In this document: in pieces, positions 28,657-37,977 of the stretch | How positions within the stretch are numbered: the first letter of the stretch is position 1 | Layout: each line of letters begins with the position of its first letter | Virus record (IMG/VR): IMGVR_UViG_3300042386_000493 | DNA from: an uncultured virus (IMG/VR IMGVR_UViG_3300042386_000493) | Taxonomy: Duplodnaviria; Heunggongvirae; Uroviricota; Caudoviricetes | Length of the DNA stretch: 64,000 nt | Strand: one strand, 5' to 3' | Notes under the pieces: model-generated | What the model was told of the DNA's origin: nothing | Databases searched by the model: none | Seen by the model: the letters and a program-made list of their open reading frames with translations, nothing else | Position numbers and translations under genes: made by a program

Positions 28657-29150
28657 TATTTACCTAGTTTTTCGTCGATTTCAAGAAGTGCTGCGCTATT
28701 ATCTTTAGCGATATTGAGTAGGGAAAGAATGTCCTTCACCTCTCCTACTGCTTTTCTTTGAATTTCTATAAATTGTAGAAGAAACTGTGAGGTTACACAA
28801 TCTTTCATTTTATCTTCCGCTGACTCGTAAAACTGAACGTAGAAGTCTAGCAATGACTTTTCGGTTTCGTACACAATCTCAAAAGCGTCTAACAATCCTT
28901 TCGCTTTGTCCTTTTGTGCTTCTACAAGTGGTATTTCAGCCACGTCACCTCTATCGTTAATGTAGTCAACCAATATTTGATAGTGACCAAGTTCCGACTC
29001 CGCTTCCGAGTTAAAATACTTTTGCGTTCCAAAGAAACCAATAGCTTGCATTTGTGCGGCAAGTGAGCGATATAGATTGTGAGCGTACAACTCGTGACCT
29101 ATTGCTTTGATTAAACTTGCTTTTGTTTCTTTCTTTAGTAGTGATTCCAT
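28656..29150 (-). CDS. Non-heme ferritin
   Basis: HELYA..LY, YFNSEAESELGH, YINDRG, YETEK, D..TSQFL..FIEIQ: four-helix ferroxidase pattern; 164 aa. Confidence 0.9.
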   Translation of the reverse strand: MESLLKKETKASLIKAIGHELYAHNLYRSLAAQMQAIGFFGTQKYFNSEAESELGHYQILVDYINDRGDVAEIPLVEAQKDKAKGLLDAFEIVYETEKSLLDFYVQFYESAEDKMKDCVTSQFLLQFIEIQRKAVGEVKDILSLLNIAKDNSAALLEIDEKLGK

Positions 29151-29151
29151 T

Positions 29152-32100
29152 TTAGCACTTTACTTTTAGTATGTTATTGCCTTTAGCGTCTTTTACCTCT
29201 TTTAAGGACTCAATTATATCCTTGAAATTTGATTCTACAAATATAGCCTTTTCTCCTACTTCTCCGTATTCTTTTACGGCTTCTTCCATAGCTTCTTTTT
29301 TACCCTTTACGGTTTTCTTAGTGCGTTGGGCGTTTTCGATAGTATCAAATACTTCTAAGAGGGTTATTTCTTCGGCTGCTGGTTCTTGATTTTCTCTACC
29401 ACCTTCTTTAGAAACAGTTTCTTTAGTTCCTTCTTGATTTTTTGTTCTTTGTTCATTGCTTATTAATTCATTAAGTTTAACTTCATCTATATTGCCATCC
29501 GCGTCGATAGCGTCACCATACTTAGCTTCAATCTCTTCAATAGACATTTCGTCTATATCCATCATAGCTTCAATTACTTCAGCGGAGAACAACGCTTCAT
29601 AGGCTTCTTGTGCCTGTCTTTCCTCTTCAAACTGTTGTATCTCATAAAACTCTGCCGAGTCTCTTTCAAGGCGTTTATATTCCTCGTATTGTCGGGGCGT
29701 CATACCCATCATATCAGCATCGGTTTCAGCCAAGTAATCTTCTTCTAGAGTTATACGCATATCTAGCTTAGACTCCGAATTAAGAATGTCGATAATTATA
29801 CTCCTAATATCGGGTTGGTAAACCATTTCTTGCTGTTCTTCGGTTAGCATTGAGTGAATACTCTCGGACAACCTCTCAATAGAAATTGAATCTTTTTTAT
29901 GAAGCCCTATTTTCTTTTGTAACTCCTTATTCTTCCCTCTTAATCCTAACTCTTTTATCAACGACTCGGTAGAAACCTTACCTCCACCTGAAAAGTATTG
30001 TCTAATATAGGTTTCAACCGCTTTATCGGGGTCACGAGGTTCAAATTCTAAAGTGGCTTCTCTAAATCTTTTTCGTGCCGCCGTTTTATTCTTTTTCTTT
30101 GCTTTCTTAGCTGGAGTTTGCTCTTTTACGATATTTAATTCCGATAACGCCTCCGAAACGACACTCTCAATTTGCGTCTCTGTTTCTTGCGCCTCGGTTG
30201 TTTCTTGGACGATTTGTTCTACCGCTTCCTTACCTAAAATTTCATCAAACATTTTACGCAATTCGGGTGTTAATCCTTTGCCCGAAATTGATTTGTAAAC
30301 TGATTTAAAGGCTTCGCTTATTAGGTCTAAAACTTTTTGGAATGCTTCGCTAAATCCTTTGCCTCCTTCGGTATGGTACTTCTCCCAGCTTTCAGCAATG
30401 AACTCTTGTACTGCTCTGTATTGTTTGCTTGTTGTGCCTTCTTTAAACGCATCGTTACCCGCAATCAATTCGTCAACCGTTACTTGGCTTTTAGGGTTAG
30501 CCTTGTTAAATTCATCAACAATAGTTTGAGTGTGTTTAGTTCCTACTTTATTCCCCTCTTTTGCCCCGTCAATAATTGCCACTACCGTTGGGTGCATTAT
30601 CTCGTGTGTAAGCGCTACCGTTGCTCTTGGGCTACCGTTAAAGTCTTTGATAGCCTCTACTATGTTTTTACCATTTTCTATTCTGTATTGAGCGTTTACA
30701 CCTTGCTTTAAGGACTCTATATCTTTAGCACTTTTTATACTTGCTTCAGCCATCCCAACTTGGTTGCTACCTAAATTTGTAGACCCTTCTTTTGGATTAG
30801 CAATATCTTTTATATGACTTGTTTCAGATAGTATATTTAACCTAGGTCTTTTGCCGTCATTTTGCTTAATATGAAATGGATAACTTTCGTGTAACCCTTC
30901 AACTACTTCTACAGGCTTAGAAATTTCAATTGTTGCATATGCGTGACTATTAGGGACTCCTTGTGTCATTTCATCGGCAAATAATGCACCAATTGCATCT
31001 CGTATACCAGCCTCTCCAAATGTTATTTTTCTGCCTACTTCTTTAGAATTTAAAGCATCCCTTATATCATTTATGTTCTCGTGTACAGCCTTGCTATTTT
31101 CAGCAATATGATTTATTACATCTCTTACGAAGAAACCTCTCCCTTTAAAAGAAGAATCATTTACTCCAAAAAACTTTTTAGCTATATCTTCGTGAATAGA
31201 TTTTGAGTCTAATTTGCCATTAAAATCGATTCCTTGTGCCTTACCCGCTGCTATTAAAGCGTTTCTAAAATCTCTTAGCGGAATCATTCCATTATCAACC
31301 AAATATTCAACCACCGACATTGCTCCTTTAGCACCTGTTTGAGATGTTAAAGATTTACCTAAAGACCCTTTGGTTACAACAATATGTATTACTCCATTCC
31401 CGCCATTTTTTATATCAATTTCTCTTGCTGAATTTATATATTTTGCAAGAGTACTAGCGGTTGCTTTATCTGAAGACGCCCAAACATCACCAAATTTTGA
31501 TACAAAATGAATCCCTCCGTTAGCATTTAAAACAGGCTTACCATCTTTAGAAAGTATTTGACCAGTAATCATATTATCAGGGTTGATAATAACAACAGGC
31601 TTACCCTCAATTGATTTTATGTCAAAACCTTCTTTTATATAACCACTTTCTTTGAGTTTTTTATACTCAGCAGTTTCTTCAAAACCTATTTTTTCAAACG
31701 CTCCATATTTTTTAAACAAAGGTTGTCCGCTCTCTGCTTGTGCTTTTAGTTCAGGGGTTATGTTTATGGAGTGTTGTTTTAACTCCTCTGTTATTTTAAA
31801 TTCTTTTTTATAATTATTTATAGCTTCACTCTTTGTGTTCCCGCCAATTCCACGTTCATTTACAACACCATTTTTCGTAGCGACAAATCTTTTAAACGGC
31901 TTTATGTCGGTTGACATTGATTTGTACACAAAGTCTTTAGCTTCTTTTTTGGACTTAAATTCCTTTAGTGTAGTTTCTCCTTTTTCATTTTTTGTAATAG
32001 CCAAAAAAAACCCGTCTTTTTCTACCACAAAGTTATCTTTGCCATCTTTATGAATTAAGCTTTTAAATGTTGTTATGTTTCCGCTTTCGTTTTCGCTTAT

Positions 32101-35100
32101 TTGTTCTATCGGCGTTAATTCCTCTAAAACAGCATCGTATATTACGTCAACTTCTTCGGTTAGATTAACAATTTTCGGCTCTTGCTTAAACAAACTCTTA
32201 GCTACATTACCCACTATGCCTAAACTACCTTCTGTTGGTGAGCCGTAAAAGCCTTTCATTCCTTTGCCGCCTACGGAAAGATTTTCGCCAGTTAATGACT
32301 TAACTCCTTCTACATAGCTTTCTACATCTTCGCCCAATGAATTAGACATTCTATCCGCTATGTCTTTTCCAAGTTCTGATTCAACGGTTTTTAAGTCGGC
32401 ATATTCTTTTGAGCCTATTTCTACTCCGTTTTTAATAGCGGAATAATTGTATGTCCCGTCTCCGTTGTCGTTGTATTGTATTTCATCTACTTGCTTACTT
32501 AAATCATACCTATCATTTTGTTGCTCACCAGTAGTCCAAGCTATCTTATCAGCACCTTGCTTAACCGCTTCTTTTAAAGCTACTTTTAAACCTAATTTAG
32601 TCCAAGCGTTTGTGTCGATTACAAAGGGGGCGGTGGGGATACCCATTGTATTAAGCGCTTTCAAGGCTCTTTCTTTAGCGTCAATTTCCGTATCTCCGTC
32701 AGCTATTATTCTCCCTTGTGGGTCAATTACTTCAAAATATTCGATAACAGTATTATCTTTAATACTTGACTTTACGCTTTTAATTTTGTAATCAACAGGT
32801 AAATTTTTAATATTTTTAATAAACCCTTCCTTCTTCCCTTGTTGCCCCCAATCGCTTTGCACTTCTTCTAAGAACAATACTTTCTTGCCTTCCGCATCTA
32901 TACGGGTATTCATTCTTAAATGAACAAGGATGTTGGGTTCTTCAAAGTGGGAGGAATTGAATTCCTTAGAGCTTAATCCCGCTTTTTCAGAATAATATTT
33001 CGATTCTGATTCCTTTTTAGCTTCTGCAAGTGAAGAATACGTCCCTATATTTGTTTCTACTGGGTCGCCATTTACCGCTCTAACTGAAAAAGCGGCATAT
33101 CTTCCTTCTTTTGTTTTTATAATTTCAATACTACTTTTCGCATCAACCCAATTACCCTCTTCAATTTCTTCCCACTCAAATATTTTATCAGTTCTTTTGT
33201 TAGGCAACGTAACCAATACCTCTTTGTAGTTTTCTTTTTCTCCTTCTAATTGGTATTCAGAGAATTTGGTTTCATTTAAAGTATTTACCCTATCTAAATT
33301 ATTGCTTGTTAGTATGTCAAAGGCGTTTTGCTCCGCTTCTGACATATCATCGTAGTCAAATGCTTCTTCGTCTTTTTCTACATAAGTATCACCATTTCTA
33401 TCGGTAATAACATCATACCCTTTATCCTCAAAAACTTTTCTTGCATCAGCTTTTGACATAGTTGCTTCCGCCCCTTTAACCACCTCAACAATTTCAATCC
33501 TATTGTCTTTTAGGTATTGTTGTATGTCCGCTTTAGATACCGAACCTTGTTGTTGAGAGAGCCAATCTTTTAATCCAGTCCATTTCGCTTCTTCACTATT
33601 AGCATATTTTTCTAACCATTGTTTTGCGGGAAGTTTATCTTGCTTAACACCATTAATTATTGCTTCTAATGGTGAGTAAAATCCGTTTACTACATCGGGC
33701 GAAATGTTTTTTACTTGCACGTCCTCCCCGTTAATCTTTAACGAATAAGGCTTTTCACTTCCTTTACCAATACCAACCCAATCACCAACGGTTTTAGCTG
33801 CCGTAAGCCCCGCTTTTTTCAAGCCACTAAACACTTGTGAGATAACATTATGTACTGGTTCTACATCAGCCTTATTAACCCCAAAGTTTTCAATTTGTTG
33901 CTTTGTTTCCGCCTCTTCCTCTACACCTTCTTGTGGTTGACCCATTTGCTTAACGTCTTGAGTATTTTCACTCAATGGCTTTGCTTTAGCATCTTCGGCT
34001 TCTTGCTCGTCTAACTCTGCATTCATTTCAGCCAAACGCTTTGCTCTAGCATTTTCTTTAACAGAATCAACTTTGGCGGTTGATTCAACAATAGGAGCCT
34101 CAATCTTATTTATTACAATTTCTTGCTTTTGCTCCATAGACATTTTATCTATATCTTCTTGCTTATAGCCAAGTTTTAATAGCGGTTTGTCAAATGAATT
34201 TGGCTTTGTTTGAATTTCTAATTGTGGCAAATCAAAAGAAACGCTAGGCGACACCCCTTCGGGTACGATTTCCGCTACTTCTTCCGCTTTTATACCCGCT
34301 TGGGTACTCGTAGGCTTGCCTACATTTGTGATTAAGTCGTTATACTTATCGTAGATAGGCTTATATATAGCATACAAGTCATCGGGCATATTGCCTTGAT
34401 TTTCACCGTATGTATCAAACTCACCTATGTTGGGTATAGCCTTAGCTAACTCCTCTTGTTCTTGTTTTCTATATTCAGCAACTAGTTCCGCGTCCTCTTG
34501 GGTGCTTTCTACGATAGGGGTTTCTTGGGTAACTTCTGCGGTTTGGGCAGCATTTGATTTCTTGCCTCTAGCTAAAATTGGCAAATCAACTTCAACAGTC
34601 CCGTTTCTCCAATAAATGTTTGAACTATCTAGTCCTAAAGACTCCATATATGGGGTTAGTGCTTGTCTTACTATGTCAAACTCTTGGTTATTTTTAACTT
34701 CAATAACATCAAAATCCCCCGCTTTTACATCAATCCCTAACTCATTTACTATCGCGTCGCCATTTATAGCAACTCTATTTGTTTTTAATTTACCATTTTC
34801 ATCATATTGCAAGTCGTACCCTCTACTTAATTGTTGTTCCCAAACTCTTAGTCCGTCAGTAGATATGCTAGTTTTTTCAGTATATTCGTGTCCTTCGGGA
34901 AGTCTTGCTTGAACTTCTGAAATCATTGTTTTGAAATTACCCTTATTCCTAGATTGATTTTCAAACTTTGAACTCCATTTGTTTGTTGGCTTTCCATCTT
35001 CGTATAATCTATAAAACCCAACAAAATCACGTCCCGAAACACCGCTTACTACAATATCAACAACTCCCGTATTAGGATTTGAAAACTCAACGACATCAAT

Positions 35101-37968
35101 TCCATCTACAATATTATGATTAGAAACAACTGAATTTACACCACTACCTCCTAACTCATTAGAGAAAATACCTACATCCTCAAATAAAGAAGGATTAAGC
35201 ATTTGAGAAGTAAAATCACGCTGCTCAACAACATTTTCGTTGATTAACTCATTCCCCACGACATTAGTTACCTTTTCATCCGCCCCAGCTTCTACATCGT
35301 ATGTCTCTCCTACTTTCTTACCATTAAATACCGCATCTACATCACTATCTATCTTTTCGATTTCCGCTTGGATGTTCGGGTCTTTCACTCCCGCTTCTTT
35401 TTGCGCTCTTTGTAATTGCTTCTTTCTAAACGATTCGGATATAACAAAGTTCTTCTCCGTTTGGCTTAATGCCGTGAAAGAAGGTAGTTGACGCATACCC
35501 GCACCGATTCCCTGTATCTCGGTAATTACCGCTACGTTTTCGGGAGCAATAGTCGCAACTCTCAATACGTCCTCCTCCGTTGTTTCAGCAATAGCGCCTA
35601 TCAAAGATTGTTGGGTAGGGCTTTTTTGGTCGGGACGGCTTATAGCGGTCATCGCACCACCTACCATAGCGCCAGCAGTTATGGCATCAAACAAAGCATC
35701 CGCCTTGAATAAGTCTTTGTAAATTTCTTTTTCCTCTGCGAAGTTCAATATTGATTTAGTCACATCAACACCGATATTCTCCGCGCCTTCTTCCGCGCCT
35801 TCTTGAAGCATATTCTTTGAGTACGCCTTCAAACTTTGGGGCATCGCTTTTAACCCTTGCTTAATAGCGTCTTGAACCGAAGCCCCTTTTTTAATAGATT
35901 GTAAAATTGAAGCCCTAACTGCGCCGTCTAAATACCTAAAATCAGGTACTGCTAACTCTATCGTTGCTGAAATACCGCTAATAGCCGAAGAGTATAAACG
36001 CGCTTCGGTGGGCGATAGTCCGTTGCGTAGTGCTTCTTGGTAGTTATTACCTTCTTGAATTACAAAAGCAGTTCCCCACAAACTCATTAGTCGAGGTATT
36101 TTGGTAATAGCGAGGACTTCACCGCCAGCTATAAATGACATAAGACTACCTATACCCGAACCAAATAGTTCCGCTTTCTTCACAAAGTAAGGAATTTCTA
36201 CGTTTTCCCCGTATTCCAATTTCTCGTAGTTTTGCTCAAACTGTCTATTAACTGCATCGTCTAGCCAATCGGTAAATAGATAGTCAAGCATACCCGTTTG
36301 GTCAACAAAAGGTATTCCTAAATCTTTTTTAACTACACCTAAGACTATTTTAGGCAATTGTTTGACATTTAATCCCGCGGTCTCTAAGGCTTGTCCTGTC
36401 GCAATAATACCAGCCGCTACTGCTTCTTTAGCCTCTCCCGACTGTTCGGTAAACTCTAATCCTCTAGCTTTTTGTTCTTCACCTTTTTTAATCGCCTCAT
36501 ACAAGCCTTTATATTCTTTTACTCCGTCGGTTAAAATGCCACTTATTTGACTATTAAATGTTGCGGCGTTATTGATAACATTTAGCTTGTCTTGTGACAC
36601 TCCGTACTTTTCACCTAAAGCGTTATATTGTTCAATAACTTGATTTAGCTGGTTGTCAATTACAAGCGCTTTCTTTTCTTCTTCTGTTTGCTTTAACTTA
36701 CCATTCTCAAACAAATAAGAATAGTTTTTTTGAAGGTCGTTAGCTTGGGCTTCTAAAGCAGTTGCTCTTTGTTGTAGCCCTTCTACATAACCTCTTTTAC
36801 TCTCGTCTTTTAACATCCCGTCTTCGCCTACGTAACTAGAAAATTCAGCGCCAATGGCTTCTATTTCTTTGTTTAAAGCACCCATTTGAGAGTTGTACTC
36901 TTGGTACTTATTGCCTAGACTATTTTTTGGTGAGCCATCGGGGTTTACATACTTATCCCTTTCCGTTTTAAGGTTCTTAATCTTTTCTTCGTACATTGTG
37001 GCGTCTACACTATAAGCGTCGTAATCCATTGAGTACATTACTTTCTTCGCTTCTCTATTAGCGTAGTTTGCTTTAAGTTGTAGCGCTTCTTTCTCCAAGT
37101 CGTACAAGAACTTTTGTTCTTCAATGTTAGGTTCGCTTAATTTTGTTTCTATCTCCGATATACGCGCTTTAATATCCGAAGACCTTTCGGGGTCTGCTTT
37201 ATCTAAGTACGTCAAGTAATCGCCTACAAGGTTCTTTTTAAGTCCTTGTAAGTATTGTTTAGCCGATTCATCGTTAAACTTAGTCGCGTTGTTGTATGCG
37301 GCTGAAATTTCAGTCATAGGGGTTTTAGACATAGCCCCAAAATTATCCGCAGCCTTGTCGTAAATATCTTGTTGTATTCTAGCTGGCTCTTTTTCGTAAA
37401 ATTCGTTAGCCATCCCCTCTATTCTCTCAACAACCGTCGGATTCTTTTTTATTTCTTCCCATTCTTTTTGAGTCATTGCTTGTTCAAGAGTCGGGTCTTC
37501 CATAGACTTAGCCGCTTCTTTAAACGTTTGTTTAGGCACATCAATTCCTTTCATAGCTTCTTTAGACGAAACTACTTTAGGTGCTTTAGGCGTACTCTCC
37601 TTGAAATCCTCTAGACCTACATTTAATTGCTTTTGTTGCGGAACTACACGTTGGCTTGTTGGCTCTTCTCTGTATAATCCAATTTTAAGAGGATTTCCAC
37701 TCGGTGTTGAAGGCGTTACGGGCGGCGTTGATTGAGCGTTTGAACTTGCCCCACCATTGCCCGAAGGTGAGGCGGGTTGCTTTCCCAAGCCTAGTTGCGC
37801 GTCAAAGTCAGCCTCGTCTATAAACAAACCTTTTGTAGACTTTTCAGAATTAAACAACTCAAATACCGCTTTTTTATCTTTTGCGATTTGCGCTCTAAAG
37901 TCTGCTTCATCAATAAATAAACCTGTGCTTTTTACTGCGCTATATGCGTCTTTTATTTTATCGGGCAT
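29152..37968 (-). CDS. Giant polyvalent ejection protein (membrane-like segment, GNAT-like region, EEVQSDW domain, zincin motif)
   Basis: 2938 aa; QEGAEEGAE/GAMVGG segment typical of DNA-transfer proteins; LFLEEVQSDW at ~32850; THEIMH at 30592-30606 with downstream QEFIAE. Confidence 0.75.
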   Translation of the reverse strand: MPDKIKDAYSAVKSTGLFIDEADFRAQIAKDKKAVFELFNSEKSTKGLFIDEADFDAQLGLGKQPASPSGNGGASSNAQSTPPVTPSTPSGNPLKIGLYREEPTSQRVVPQQKQLNVGLEDFKESTPKAPKVVSSKEAMKGIDVPKQTFKEAAKSMEDPTLEQAMTQKEWEEIKKNPTVVERIEGMANEFYEKEPARIQQDIYDKAADNFGAMSKTPMTEISAAYNNATKFNDESAKQYLQGLKKNLVGDYLTYLDKADPERSSDIKARISEIETKLSEPNIEEQKFLYDLEKEALQLKANYANREAKKVMYSMDYDAYSVDATMYEEKIKNLKTERDKYVNPDGSPKNSLGNKYQEYNSQMGALNKEIEAIGAEFSSYVGEDGMLKDESKRGYVEGLQQRATALEAQANDLQKNYSYLFENGKLKQTEEEKKALVIDNQLNQVIEQYNALGEKYGVSQDKLNVINNAATFNSQISGILTDGVKEYKGLYEAIKKGEEQKARGLEFTEQSGEAKEAVAAGIIATGQALETAGLNVKQLPKIVLGVVKKDLGIPFVDQTGMLDYLFTDWLDDAVNRQFEQNYEKLEYGENVEIPYFVKKAELFGSGIGSLMSFIAGGEVLAITKIPRLMSLWGTAFVIQEGNNYQEALRNGLSPTEARLYSSAISGISATIELAVPDFRYLDGAVRASILQSIKKGASVQDAIKQGLKAMPQSLKAYSKNMLQEGAEEGAENIGVDVTKSILNFAEEKEIYKDLFKADALFDAITAGAMVGGAMTAISRPDQKSPTQQSLIGAIAETTEEDVLRVATIAPENVAVITEIQGIGAGMRQLPSFTALSQTEKNFVISESFRKKQLQRAQKEAGVKDPNIQAEIEKIDSDVDAVFNGKKVGETYDVEAGADEKVTNVVGNELINENVVEQRDFTSQMLNPSLFEDVGIFSNELGGSGVNSVVSNHNIVDGIDVVEFSNPNTGVVDIVVSGVSGRDFVGFYRLYEDGKPTNKWSSKFENQSRNKGNFKTMISEVQARLPEGHEYTEKTSISTDGLRVWEQQLSRGYDLQYDENGKLKTNRVAINGDAIVNELGIDVKAGDFDVIEVKNNQEFDIVRQALTPYMESLGLDSSNIYWRNGTVEVDLPILARGKKSNAAQTAEVTQETPIVESTQEDAELVAEYRKQEQEELAKAIPNIGEFDTYGENQGNMPDDLYAIYKPIYDKYNDLITNVGKPTSTQAGIKAEEVAEIVPEGVSPSVSFDLPQLEIQTKPNSFDKPLLKLGYKQEDIDKMSMEQKQEIVINKIEAPIVESTAKVDSVKENARAKRLAEMNAELDEQEAEDAKAKPLSENTQDVKQMGQPQEGVEEEAETKQQIENFGVNKADVEPVHNVISQVFSGLKKAGLTAAKTVGDWVGIGKGSEKPYSLKINGEDVQVKNISPDVVNGFYSPLEAIINGVKQDKLPAKQWLEKYANSEEAKWTGLKDWLSQQQGSVSKADIQQYLKDNRIEIVEVVKGAEATMSKADARKVFEDKGYDVITDRNGDTYVEKDEEAFDYDDMSEAEQNAFDILTSNNLDRVNTLNETKFSEYQLEGEKENYKEVLVTLPNKRTDKIFEWEEIEEGNWVDAKSSIEIIKTKEGRYAAFSVRAVNGDPVETNIGTYSSLAEAKKESESKYYSEKAGLSSKEFNSSHFEEPNILVHLRMNTRIDAEGKKVLFLEEVQSDWGQQGKKEGFIKNIKNLPVDYKIKSVKSSIKDNTVIEYFEVIDPQGRIIADGDTEIDAKERALKALNTMGIPTAPFVIDTNAWTKLGLKVALKEAVKQGADKIAWTTGEQQNDRYDLSKQVDEIQYNDNGDGTYNYSAIKNGVEIGSKEYADLKTVESELGKDIADRMSNSLGEDVESYVEGVKSLTGENLSVGGKGMKGFYGSPTEGSLGIVGNVAKSLFKQEPKIVNLTEEVDVIYDAVLEELTPIEQISENESGNITTFKSLIHKDGKDNFVVEKDGFFLAITKNEKGETTLKEFKSKKEAKDFVYKSMSTDIKPFKRFVATKNGVVNERGIGGNTKSEAINNYKKEFKITEELKQHSINITPELKAQAESGQPLFKKYGAFEKIGFEETAEYKKLKESGYIKEGFDIKSIEGKPVVIINPDNMITGQILSKDGKPVLNANGGIHFVSKFGDVWASSDKATASTLAKYINSAREIDIKNGGNGVIHIVVTKGSLGKSLTSQTGAKGAMSVVEYLVDNGMIPLRDFRNALIAAGKAQGIDFNGKLDSKSIHEDIAKKFFGVNDSSFKGRGFFVRDVINHIAENSKAVHENINDIRDALNSKEVGRKITFGEAGIRDAIGALFADEMTQGVPNSHAYATIEISKPVEVVEGLHESYPFHIKQNDGKRPRLNILSETSHIKDIANPKEGSTNLGSNQVGMAEASIKSAKDIESLKQGVNAQYRIENGKNIVEAIKDFNGSPRATVALTHEIMHPTVVAIIDGAKEGNKVGTKHTQTIVDEFNKANPKSQVTVDELIAGNDAFKEGTTSKQYRAVQEFIAESWEKYHTEGGKGFSEAFQKVLDLISEAFKSVYKSISGKGLTPELRKMFDEILGKEAVEQIVQETTEAQETETQIESVVSEALSELNIVKEQTPAKKAKKKNKTAARKRFREATLEFEPRDPDKAVETYIRQYFSGGGKVSTESLIKELGLRGKNKELQKKIGLHKKDSISIERLSESIHSMLTEEQQEMVYQPDIRSIIIDILNSESKLDMRITLEEDYLAETDADMMGMTPRQYEEYKRLERDSAEFYEIQQFEEERQAQEAYEALFSAEVIEAMMDIDEMSIEEIEAKYGDAIDADGNIDEVKLNELISNEQRTKNQEGTKETVSKEGGRENQEPAAEEITLLEVFDTIENAQRTKKTVKGKKEAMEEAVKEYGEVGEKAIFVESNFKDIIESLKEVKDAKGNNILKVKC

Positions 37969-37977
37969 TTCTTAAAA

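Noticed and set aside
29480..29520. DADGNID as an RNA polymerase catalytic motif
   Set aside because: Does not match DxDGD/DFDID and sits in a low-complexity acidic helical tail
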